A stretch of 64,000 bases of DNA. Source: Alphaproteobacteria bacterium. GTDB taxonomy: Bacteria; Pseudomonadota; Alphaproteobacteria; Methylaequorales; Methylaequoraceae. The notes below the pieces were generated by a model. That model ran no database searches. It was not told where the DNA came from and worked only from the letters and a program-made list of their open reading frames with translations. The position numbers were made by a program, and so were the translations under genes. This document shows positions 19,209 to 27,857 of the stretch, piece after piece; within the stretch, counting starts at the first letter, position 1, and each line of letters begins with the position of its first letter. Where the stretch lies: NCBI GenBank assembly GCA_019650635.1, contig BOXE01000007.1:894-64893 (forward strand), in the 5' to 3' direction.

Positions 19209-19829
19209 TCAAATAACATTATTGAAACTTAATAATCGAAATTGTCCACCTTTGTGTTTATTATCCTTTTTTGAAAGCATTTCAAGAACACTATAGCTTT
19301 GATATGTAACTTCCAATCCAATTGCAAAATCAGGTTTAATTTGTAAAGCATGAGATAATATTGCCCTTATTGTACCTGCGTGTGTTATGATCAAAATACT
19401 CTGCCCAGCTTTTACTTTTAATTTTTTGAGCCAAATCTCTACTCTTTTACTCTGTTCTAGAAAACTTTCTCCATTTGGCGGTGAAAATTCAGGAGAAATA
19501 AATGAAAAATTATGTTTGTCTTCATTTTTATTTATAAGTTTCCAAATTTCAGAAATTTTTTTTCCTGACCAATCTCCGAAGCTTTGTTCAACCAGATTGT
19601 TTTCTGTAATGATTTTTGAATACTGTTTATATCTTGATAAAGCTTCTGCTGTTTGAATTGTTCGTTTTAAAGGACTCACATACCAATCACAATTATCTGG
19701 TAAACAAGTTGCCAATTTTTTAATTTTATTATTTTTTATAATTGCATCTGGATTATGTTGTGAAAAAAAACCCGTAATTTGTTTTACAGGTGCATGCCGT
19801 ATTAAAAATAATTTCGATGGTTTAATCAA
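19209..19829 (-). CDS. cobC: Histidine phosphatase family protein, likely alpha-ribazole phosphatase
   Basis: LIRHAPV (RHG-type) and ITHAGTIRA motifs; directly downstream of and overlapping cobS. Confidence 0.65.
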   Translation of the reverse strand: MIKPSKLFLIRHAPVKQITGFFSQHNPDAIIKNNKIKKLATCLPDNCDWYVSPLKRTIQTAEALSRYKQYSKIITENNLVEQSFGDWSGKKISEIWKLINKNEDKHNFSFISPEFSPPNGESFLEQSKRVEIWLKKLKVKAGQSILIITHAGTIRAILSHALQIKPDFAIGLEVTYQSYSVLEMLSKKDNKHKGGQFRLLSFNNVI

Positions 19830-20609
19830 TTTACAACAAGAATTACTATAATATTTCCAAATAAAAACATTATATCTGTTAAGAAAGCGATTGCTCCTAA
19901 TATGTCTCCGTTAATACCTCCTATGGCTTTTTTCGATTTTTTTCCAATTAAAAGTATTGTTAAGGTCATTAAGATTATGCCGAATAATATTCCATAGATA
20001 TCTAACACAAACAATGTAGGTAATATCCAAGTTAAAGTAGCTATAAATAAACACTTATTTGAAATTTTTCCAACTATACTTGCTGTTTTTGCAAACTCTG
20101 AATTATTGAATAAGTTTCTTGCTATCATAATGAGAGTTTGCCAGTAGCAAATCCAATGGAAAAATAGCAACTAATGGATATCCTGACTCAAATAAAGCTA
20201 ATATTATTCCTAGTTTAACCAAAATACCTAATACTAATGACATTACTCCATAGGTTCCAAGGCGACTATCATGAATAATTTTATCAATATTTCTAGGAGA
20301 GCCCCCTGCCCCGAGACCGTCTGCAGTATCTGCTAATCCATCTTCATGAAAAGCACCAGTAAGGAGAACACTGAGTGTGATAGCTATAACACAAGACAAA
20401 AAAACAGGAAGTCCCACTTGAATCAGTATATCCCCAGCACCACCAGATAATATTCCTACTAAAAAACCAACTGATGGAAAAGACCAACTAGCTCTTGTTA
20501 AATCTGGTGCTTTTTTTGAGAAATAGGACCATTTTACTGGTATTCTAGTAAAGAACATAAGTGTTGCAAAAAAATCCATTACATATTTATTTTTAAGAAG
20601 TAAATGCAT
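19826..20609 (-). CDS. cobS: Adenosylcobinamide-GDP ribazoletransferase (cobalamin synthase), frame break about 20103-20170
   Basis: Multi-TM protein with FFTRIP and AFHEDGLADTADG motifs, split across ORFs 20103..20609 and 19826..20170. Confidence 0.8.
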
Positions 20610-20611
20610 AA

Positions 20612-21634
20612 TTAAATTTTTTTACTTATCCCTGCTTCTGAAAACGTCGACATTTTGTTATGAGTGGTCAAAGCTGCTCTTATTATCAAACTTGCTACTA
20701 CTGCTCCGCTTCCCTCACCAAGTCTCATGTTTAAGTCAAGTATAGGTTTTTTTTTAAGATGAGAAATTACTCCTGAATGACCTGGTTCAGAAGATTGGTG
20801 AGAAATTAAACAATGATCCAATATATTCTTTTTAAAAAGAGTTAGAGTAGCAGCAGATACAGTTGTAATAAAACCATCCAATAAAACAGGTATACCTTTG
20901 ACCCTTGCTGCGATTACTGATCCTGCAATTGCTGCCATTTCTCTTCCACCAAATGCCTCTAAAATTTTACCTACAGTTTTAAAATTCTTTCCATGTAACT
21001 TCAATCCACTCTTAATAATAGAAATTTTATGTTTAAGTTTTTGTTTAGAAATGCCCGTACCTAAACCTGTCCATTTTTCAACAGATTCATTAAAAAGTGC
21101 GCATGAAATAGCAGTTGCTGCTGAGGTATTAGATATACCCATTTCTCCCAATATTAACAAATCACAATCTTTTGAAACAGAATCAAATCCTAATTGCATT
21201 GCTTCAATTATCTCGCTTTGTTCCATTGCTTTTTCTTTTGAAAAATCCTTAGTAGGTGTTTCAAGCTTTATTGGAATAACTGATAATTTTACTTTAGCTA
21301 AATTACATAGTTGGTTAATTGCAGCTCCTCCATTTTTAAAGTTAGCAACCATTTGCTTTGTTACTTCTGCAGGATAAGCAGACACTTTTTTATTTGCTAC
21401 ACCATGATTAGCAGCATAAATAATGCATTGAAACTTATCCATTTTAGGTTTTTTTCTTTTTTGCCAACCAGCCATCCAAATAGCAAAATCTTCTAATCGA
21501 CCTAAACTCCCAATTGGTTTTGTAAGTTTATTTTGATGTTTTCTAGCCAAATTAGCATAATATTCATGGAACGATTTAAGTGGGACTTTGCCATTATTAT
21601 TTAGCAAAATTTTAATAATATTATCATTAGACAT
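20612..21634 (-). CDS. cobT: Nicotinate-nucleotide--dimethylbenzimidazole phosphoribosyltransferase
   Basis: LTKPIGSLGRLE, GEMGISNTS and LGEGSG motifs; 340 aa. Confidence 0.9.
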   Translation of the reverse strand: MSNDNIIKILLNNNGKVPLKSFHEYYANLARKHQNKLTKPIGSLGRLEDFAIWMAGWQKRKKPKMDKFQCIIYAANHGVANKKVSAYPAEVTKQMVANFKNGGAAINQLCNLAKVKLSVIPIKLETPTKDFSKEKAMEQSEIIEAMQLGFDSVSKDCDLLILGEMGISNTSAATAISCALFNESVEKWTGLGTGISKQKLKHKISIIKSGLKLHGKNFKTVGKILEAFGGREMAAIAGSVIAARVKGIPVLLDGFITTVSAATLTLFKKNILDHCLISHQSSEPGHSGVISHLKKKPILDLNMRLGEGSGAVVASLIIRAALTTHNKMSTFSEAGISKKI

Positions 21635-21807
21635 ATTTAAATATCAAATATACTCTTTAAAATTAAGCTATATTACTTTTGTAATTGATAGTCTAGTTTT
21701 TAATAAAAGCTGCAATAAATTAGTCCAATATTGGTATTCATAATTGAAAAGTAATATTAAAATTAACTTTTTAGTTTTTTAAATTAGTAAATATTAAAAC
21801 CTTAATT

Positions 21808-22866
21808 TTGAGAGCAAAATTGCGAAGATTTTTATTTTATCCATTATTTATTATTATTACTTATCTATTTTACGTTTATCCCTTTAGAACTCTTAATTCT
21901 ATGATTACCGATGACGAAATCTTAAATTTCAATTCGTTTGTTGTAAGTTTATTTTTTTCAGCGTTAATAATTTATAATTCAAAATCAAAAAATACTTTTT
22001 TATTTTCTAAATTGTTAATTTATGAAGGATTAGGAATTGGGTTCATAAGTTTTTGGATAGTCAATTTGGGATTATTTATTAATATTTTTAATTTCATAGA
22101 ATCTTACAACTTAGGTATAGTCTGCATTCTAATTATATTGATTCTGACATTATTAAGTTTTTATAATGGTAGTAAAATTAACATTAAAAAATTAAATGTT
22201 TATTCTTCAAAATTAAAAAAACCTTTAAAATTAATTTTTCTCAGTGATATTCATTTAGGAACAAATACTATTGAGCACTTAGAGAAAATTTATAAAAAAA
22301 TAATTAAGCTTGAATTTGATTTTATATTGGTGGGAGGAGATTTAATTGATTCGAGTTCATTTGAATTAAAAGATTTAAAGGTTTTAAAAAATTTAAAAAA
22401 ACCAATTTATTTTATAAGTGGTAATCATGAGTATTACATCAAAAACTATCAAGAAAAACTAAGTAAGTTAAATGAATACAACATTAACTTTTTAGATAAT
22501 AAATCAATAAAATATAAAAATATAAATATTATTGGGGTTAGTGATAATCAAAGTACATTAAATCAAACTGAAACTGTTAATAAATTTTATAAGCCAAACT
22601 TATTTAATTTGGTAGTTGTGCATAAACCTACCTTATGGGAATTTATAAATAAACAGATAGATTTGACTTTATCAGGACATACACATAATGGACAAATAGT
22701 TCCGTTTAACTTTTTAGTAAAACTGAGATTTAAAAATATTTATGGATTATACGAAAAATTTCAGTCTAAACTTTATGTTTCCTGTGGCGCCGGTTGTTGG
22801 GGGCCAAGAATGAGGCTTGGAAGTACAAATGAAATTGTTTTACTATCAATTAGTAATCAAGCATAA
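21808..22866 (+). CDS. Membrane-anchored metallophosphoesterase (YkuE/calcineurin-like)
   Basis: N-terminal TM segments, then SDIHLG, GGDLID, GNHEY and GHTHNGQ. Confidence 0.8.
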   Translation: MRAKLRRFLFYPLFIIITYLFYVYPFRTLNSMITDDEILNFNSFVVSLFFSALIIYNSKSKNTFLFSKLLIYEGLGIGFISFWIVNLGLFINIFNFIESYNLGIVCILIILILTLLSFYNGSKINIKKLNVYSSKLKKPLKLIFLSDIHLGTNTIEHLEKIYKKIIKLEFDFILVGGDLIDSSSFELKDLKVLKNLKKPIYFISGNHEYYIKNYQEKLSKLNEYNINFLDNKSIKYKNINIIGVSDNQSTLNQTETVNKFYKPNLFNLVVVHKPTLWEFINKQIDLTLSGHTHNGQIVPFNFLVKLRFKNIYGLYEKFQSKLYVSCGAGCWGPRMRLGSTNEIVLLSISNQA

Positions 22867-22946
22867 CTAGATACCTTTCTATATTAAAACTTTGTCGACT
22901 AAATTTTAATAAATTAACTTTTTCTTATATTTTAAAAGAAGACTAT

Positions 22947-23330
22947 TTAGTAAAAAATTAAGTCAGCTAAAAAAGCAAAGAAAAAACCTGTGATATAAAC
23001 TACAAACGAAAAAGTCAATATAACTGAATTTGTTGACCTTAATTTCAAACATATTTTAGCTTCTGCTGGGTTTGCTGGACATGAAGAATTATTTCTTTTC
23101 CATGCCATATAATATGATAAAGCCAACATAAAACCTGCTAATATAAAGATATATAATTTATATTTTGATAGAACAACAATCCAGGGGAATATTGATACAA
23201 TGCTAACTAAAGTTGTACCTAATCCAACAGTCACAAGCAGAGCTGGTAAAGCACAACAAACTAGTGTACTTAAACTTGTAAATAAACTTAATATTGGTGC
23301 AAACAATTCTTTATAGAAATTACTTAACAT
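22947..23330 (-). CDS. MerT-like metal transport membrane protein
   Basis: Cys-Cys pair in TM1 (LVCCALPALL), second Cys pair in a loop (SCPANPAEAKIC), three TM, C-terminal FY; same layout as Tn501 MerT as I recall it. Confidence 0.65.
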   Translation of the reverse strand: MLSNFYKELFAPILSLFTSLSTLVCCALPALLVTVGLGTTLVSIVSIFPWIVVLSKYKLYIFILAGFMLALSYYMAWKRNNSSCPANPAEAKICLKLRSTNSVILTFSFVVYITGFFFAFLADLIFY

Positions 23331-23631
23331 TTTTTATCTCTCTGACGTCATAACCCGAATCCTTTATCATTTCAGTGATTTTTTCATAACTTAATTTTTG
23401 ATTTTCTTTAAAATTAATAGTAATCAACATATTTTCTAAATTCACTTTTATTCCTGCAACTGATTTTTGTTTTGAAAATATTTTTTCAATTGAACGAGCA
23501 CAAAAATCACATACAAGTCCATTAACATATACGTACAAAATATCACCATTGTATTGTTCATCCGACAGAATTTTACTGCTGTTAAACATTACAAATTGTA
23601 AAATAAACAAATAAATAATAATTTTTTTCAT
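23320..23631 (-). CDS. Periplasmic heavy-metal-associated (HMA) domain protein, MerP/CopZ-like
   Basis: Signal peptide MKKIIIYLFILQFVMF (preferred start 23631, preceded by AGGAG), then GLVCDFCARSIE CxxC in a ferredoxin-like fold. Confidence 0.7.
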   Translation of the reverse strand: MKKIIIYLFILQFVMFNSSKILSDEQYNGDILYVYVNGLVCDFCARSIEKIFSKQKSVAGIKVNLENMLITINFKENQKLSYEKITEMIKDSGYDVREIKNVK

Positions 23632-23641
23632 TTCTTCTCCT

Positions 23642-24289
23642 CTAAAATCTTTTAATGAAGTTAAACATAAAGTCTTTGTAGTTATTAAGACCAAACTCTG
23701 CTAAATAATCCCCTTTAAAAACTCTTAACATTGGAGTAAATGTCAAGTTTTTACGACTTCCCGGCATATGATTGGCTTGAAGCATTATCCAAGTATGTAA
23801 ATATCCATATTCAGCCAAATAAGGAGCCACTCCAATTCTAAATTGTTGTGAAAAAAATTTATCTATCGAAGATGCATAATTAGCTTGATTTTGATAGCTT
23901 GTAAAAAACCTTCTATCTTCCCAATCAAATAAGATGCCTGTGAAAAGGGATGGTTCAAATTTATTTTCAAAAGCTTCATAATTACTAGTTGCTAAACCTA
24001 TTCCGTTCTTTAAATAAAAATTTGTTTGCGACTTAGGTTTATTTATTCTTTTTATGAGATAATTTAATTGAAGTCCATGAAATTGCCATTCTTTTTCTCT
24101 CCAATATTCTGCTCTATAACCTATTGAATAATCAATTGATGGACTATAATGCAAATGAAAACTATGTTTACTAAAATCATTTGCCTGCATTAATGTCCAG
24201 CCTCCAGGATATGAAATTGGTCTAGCATTTATATCTTTTAAGACAATAAAAGTGCACACTAGAACTATTTTGCATAAAAATATCTTCAT
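23642..24289 (-). CDS. Putative outer-membrane beta-barrel protein
   Basis: Signal peptide, alternating aromatic/hydrophilic strands, C-terminal Phe (..NFIKRF). Confidence 0.45.
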   Translation of the reverse strand: MKIFLCKIVLVCTFIVLKDINARPISYPGGWTLMQANDFSKHSFHLHYSPSIDYSIGYRAEYWREKEWQFHGLQLNYLIKRINKPKSQTNFYLKNGIGLATSNYEAFENKFEPSLFTGILFDWEDRRFFTSYQNQANYASSIDKFFSQQFRIGVAPYLAEYGYLHTWIMLQANHMPGSRKNLTFTPMLRVFKGDYLAEFGLNNYKDFMFNFIKRF

Positions 24290-24352
24290 CTTTTCTCCTA
24301 ATAATCAGAAATAAATTCAAGACAAACTTTGTCTCAAAACTTTGAAATAAAA

Positions 24353-24688
24353 TTAGGAAAAAAGTTTTGGCGGGGGTGGTCTTAGTAAAGGGTTTAGGGA
24401 ATCAAATGTAAACGTTAAGTTATTAAAAAAAGAATTATCGATTTGAGCACCTAAAATATCGTCAACTTGAAATGTATTTATTTGAGTATAATAACACTCA
24501 CAATTAAAGCATACGTCTTCAACATCATTTGATTGAGAATGACATGATTTGTTTGAGTGAACATGATTTGTTTCATTAAGTTGAGAATATTTTTTATCTA
24601 AACAATACGAAATAACTTTAGCTGAGATCGTCAAACTAGACAGACTAAATATTAAAACACTTAAAATAAAAAATTTTGCGCGTCTCAT
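24353..24688 (-). CDS. Small secreted Cys/His-rich protein with a Pro-rich C-terminus
   Basis: Signal peptide; HVHSNKSCHSQSNDVEDVCFNCEC cluster; ends LLRPPPPKLFS. Confidence 0.45.
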   Translation of the reverse strand: MRRAKFFILSVLIFSLSSLTISAKVISYCLDKKYSQLNETNHVHSNKSCHSQSNDVEDVCFNCECYYTQINTFQVDDILGAQIDNSFFNNLTFTFDSLNPLLRPPPPKLFS

Positions 24689-24741
24689 AATTACAAACTA
24701 TTAAAAGTTTTAAAAAAATCAATGATTTTATTTGATTGGGG

Positions 24742-24772
24742 TTGACACAGAACAAAGTGTTATAATATAACA
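24742..24772. promoter_or_regulatory. TTGACA hexamer plus Zur box TGTTATAATATAACA (24758-24772) in a divergent promoter region
   Basis: Perfect 7-1-7 palindrome that contains the candidate -10 hexamers; 37 nt before the TonB-receptor ATG and 70 nt before the divergent operon. Confidence 0.75.
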
Positions 24773-24808
24773 TAAAAATAATATCAACATCAATTTAATG
24801 GAAAATCA

Positions 24809-26773
24809 ATGTATAAAATAGTTACCCTCGTCTTGACCGTATTACTTGTAGCTAATGCAAATGCTGAAAAATTAGAATCTATATTTGTTGCACCAGATGT
24901 ATTTATAACATCTAAAATTAAGCCGAGTACTGAATATGAAAGTGATAGGGGTAATATTTTATATGATTCTCATGAACTAGAAAAAAGCAGACAATACTCT
25001 ATTGGTCAGATGCTCAAAGATTTACCAGGAATTGCTTCACAAGGTCTGGGTAACGCTTCACGTCCAATAATCAGGGGTCTTGGTAATTCGCGAGTTAAAA
25101 TTTTACAAAACAGTTCTTCACTAGGTGATGTTTCCGAATTTGGTGAGGATCATATTGTTGGATATGATCCATTATTAATTGATAAAATAGAAATTATTAA
25201 AGGGCCCGGTACGTTACTTTATGGAAACAATGGTTTTGCTGGAGTTGTAAACATTATAAACCCTTTAATTGCAGTAGATAAGCCTCTTTCTGACGAAAAC
25301 GTCCAATTAGGTTTTGGATACAAGACCTCAGGTGGAGAGTTGGGAACAGCATTAAAACTTGGTAAATCTGTGGACAATTTTACTGTTAGAGGTTCTGGAA
25401 GTTTTGTAAGTGCGGGACCTTACGATTTAGCAAATGTTTCAACTAAGCAAGCAAATTCATCAAAGTTCATGACATCCGGCGGCGTTGGAATAACATACAA
25501 TGATGGTCAGAATCATCTTGGAGTTTCTTTGGACAAACTAGAGGCTGTATATCAAAATCCTGGTCCTGAAGGAGAAGAAAATATGACATCACTTAACCCT
25601 ACAAGAAACACAATAAATTTTGATTCTTCACTGGCATTAGATTATTTAATCTTTGAAAAGTTTAACTTAGAAGGCACTGTCTCTGAATATAATCATGCTG
25701 AAAGAACAGGCGATGGTAACAATCATAATATAACATTTTTCAATGATATATATGAAATAAAAACATCACTGAATCACAAATCTCTGTTCAATCAAAATGA
25801 AGAAGGATTATTCGGTTTTCATTTCATGAATAAAAATCAAGGTGCAACAGGAGCAGAGGAAGGTCATTTAACTCCAACGAAGACAAATAGTTTTGCTTTA
25901 TTTGCTCTCGAAAAATTAAAATTTGATTTATTTGATTTAGATCTTGGTGGTCGAATTGAATCTGTAAATTTGAAAACAACACAGCATGAGAGAGGTTTTT
26001 TTCCTGCTGCATTTTCTTCCACTGCAAAAAGAGAAATCTTACCAAACAATACAGTATTTTTAGGTTTTGACTTTACACAAAGAGCACCGAATGCTGTCGA
26101 ATTATTCGCAGACGGTCCTCACCACGCTCTTGAAAATGTTGAGACAGGTAACTTAAACTTAGAAAAAGAGAGTTCTTACAATGTATCACTTGGATATAAT
26201 TATGATGAAAATCTAAATAAATTAAAAATTGAAGCATATTATAATTATATTAATGATTTTATCGCTGCAGATAGGAACGGTAGAACTCAAAATGTTGAAG
26301 GTGAAGATTTTAATGTTGTTATTCACGATCAATACAATGCATTATTTACAGGAGTAGAATTGAGTGGTCAGTACGGCATAACGAAATTGGATGATTTTGA
26401 TTTCCTTGCTAATTTTGTAGGGGAATTTTTGAAGGGTTACAGAACATCCAATGACAAGGCTATAACTAGAATTCCACAATCAAAAGTAAATGTTGGTTTA
26501 CAACTCATTAATGAGGAATGGGATACTAATCTTAAATATTATCATTATTTTGATAAAGAATTCACAGGTCCCTTTTATACAAGAACAGGTGGTCACTCAA
26601 GATTAGATTTTGATCTCACAAAAGATTTCATGTACTCAGATTTATCTGGCCATGCAATGTTTAGTGTAACCAATCTTCTGAATACAGTTGGTCGTGATCA
26701 TCTTGAGGCAAAAAAGGGTCAAGTTCAATTACCTGGTAGAAGTTTTAATTTTAATTTAAAGCTATTCTATTAA
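24809..26773 (+). CDS. TonB-dependent outer-membrane receptor (ZnuD-like by context)
   Basis: Signal peptide, plug domain (IEIIKGPGTLLYGNNGFAGVVNI), long beta-barrel, C-terminal ..NLKLFY. Confidence 0.9.
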   Translation: MYKIVTLVLTVLLVANANAEKLESIFVAPDVFITSKIKPSTEYESDRGNILYDSHELEKSRQYSIGQMLKDLPGIASQGLGNASRPIIRGLGNSRVKILQNSSSLGDVSEFGEDHIVGYDPLLIDKIEIIKGPGTLLYGNNGFAGVVNIINPLIAVDKPLSDENVQLGFGYKTSGGELGTALKLGKSVDNFTVRGSGSFVSAGPYDLANVSTKQANSSKFMTSGGVGITYNDGQNHLGVSLDKLEAVYQNPGPEGEENMTSLNPTRNTINFDSSLALDYLIFEKFNLEGTVSEYNHAERTGDGNNHNITFFNDIYEIKTSLNHKSLFNQNEEGLFGFHFMNKNQGATGAEEGHLTPTKTNSFALFALEKLKFDLFDLDLGGRIESVNLKTTQHERGFFPAAFSSTAKREILPNNTVFLGFDFTQRAPNAVELFADGPHHALENVETGNLNLEKESSYNVSLGYNYDENLNKLKIEAYYNYINDFIAADRNGRTQNVEGEDFNVVIHDQYNALFTGVELSGQYGITKLDDFDFLANFVGEFLKGYRTSNDKAITRIPQSKVNVGLQLINEEWDTNLKYYHYFDKEFTGPFYTRTGGHSRLDFDLTKDFMYSDLSGHAMFSVTNLLNTVGRDHLEAKKGQVQLPGRSFNFNLKLFY

Positions 26774-26779
26774 TAAAAT

Positions 26780-27145
26780 ATGTTTAAGTATTACTCTTCA
26801 TACACATTGTTATGGATAGGCCTAACACATCTGTTATGCTGTGGTTTGCCTTTGACGTTATCATTTGCTTCATTATCTTCAAATGCATTATTTTTGGACT
26901 CACTCCTTTTAAACTCTGAATTATTAGAAGCTGCTGAACCATATCTCTTTGCAATTACTACGCTTATATTTTTATTAATCATTTCTTTTGAGATCTACAA
27001 TAAAAAAATAAAGTGCCAAGATGATGAATGTGATACTGAACAAGAATGCAGTACGACCAATAAAAAAATTAAGACCAATCTTATTCTCGCAAGTATTCTT
27101 TATACTCTCAATAGTTCAATCTTTTTATCAGAAGTTATCCTCTGA
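26780..27145 (+). CDS. Second MerT-like Cys-Cys membrane protein
   Basis: HLLCCGLPLTL in TM1, Cys-rich loop KCQDDECDTEQEC, three hydrophobic segments. Confidence 0.5.
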   Translation: MFKYYSSYTLLWIGLTHLLCCGLPLTLSFASLSSNALFLDSLLLNSELLEAAEPYLFAITTLIFLLIISFEIYNKKIKCQDDECDTEQECSTTNKKIKTNLILASILYTLNSSIFLSEVIL

Positions 27146-27148
27146 TTT

Positions 27149-27790
27149 ATGATTTTAAATTGCGAAAATATGAAATCCTTAATGGATTTCAAACATAATA
27201 ACCATCAATTAGCGATTTTGAATCGTCAAGTTCCTGAGGATTCCAATCTTTTCTTTAGTGAATTAAACATAACTCCTTTTTCAACTTCAGGTTATGTTTC
27301 ATTAGAGAATAGCTTAAAGGACATTAGCAAGCTTACAGAAGAAAAACTTCCATCAAAAATTAGGAAAAACATATTTTTCGACAATTGGTTAAAAGATATG
27401 AGTGAAATTTGTAAAATGTTTTGTTTATTTCAAGAAAAAGACAAAATAAGTTTTTGGTTGGGATCTGAGAGAGGTTGTAAACGTTTTCATGTTGATATGG
27501 TCCCTTATAGATGTTTAGTAACTTATTCCGGACAAGGTACAGAATTACTCCCTGATAATGCTGCAGACAGGAATGCTTTTATTAGTGGAAAACCAAATGA
27601 AAATATAATTAAAGACAGATCAGCGATAAGATATTTAAATAAATGGGATATCGCAATTTTTCGTGGTGGAAAACATGGAATTTTACATCGAACTCCAGAA
27701 TCAGCATTAAATGATAGATCTTCAATTTTAATGAGGCTTGATGATTCTACTTTTTTAGAGCAAATAGAAAAAATAAACACTGTTAATTAA
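27149..27790 (+). CDS. Hypothetical protein, possibly DUF1826 family
   Basis: FHVD..R.LVTYSGQGTE....FRGGKHGILHRTP pattern; family assignment is from memory and context only. Confidence 0.4.
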   Translation: MILNCENMKSLMDFKHNNHQLAILNRQVPEDSNLFFSELNITPFSTSGYVSLENSLKDISKLTEEKLPSKIRKNIFFDNWLKDMSEICKMFCLFQEKDKISFWLGSERGCKRFHVDMVPYRCLVTYSGQGTELLPDNAADRNAFISGKPNENIIKDRSAIRYLNKWDIAIFRGGKHGILHRTPESALNDRSSILMRLDDSTFLEQIEKINTVN

Positions 27791-27857
27791 ATATTTGTTA
27801 AAAGTTCATGGTTAAATAAAGTAAATAGTTTTACAACGATTGTTTAAAACTGAGGAT

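Noticed and set aside
21635-21807. Expected cobalamin riboswitch upstream of cobT
   Set aside because: The spacer is almost pure A/T, with no B12-box-like GC-rich core on the cobT strand.
22947-27145. Reading the MerT-like/MerP-like genes as a mercury-resistance (mer) operon or mobile element
   Set aside because: There is no merA, merR, merB, merD, transposase or resolvase. Base composition matches the host, and the only nearby regulatory signal is a Zur-type palindrome.
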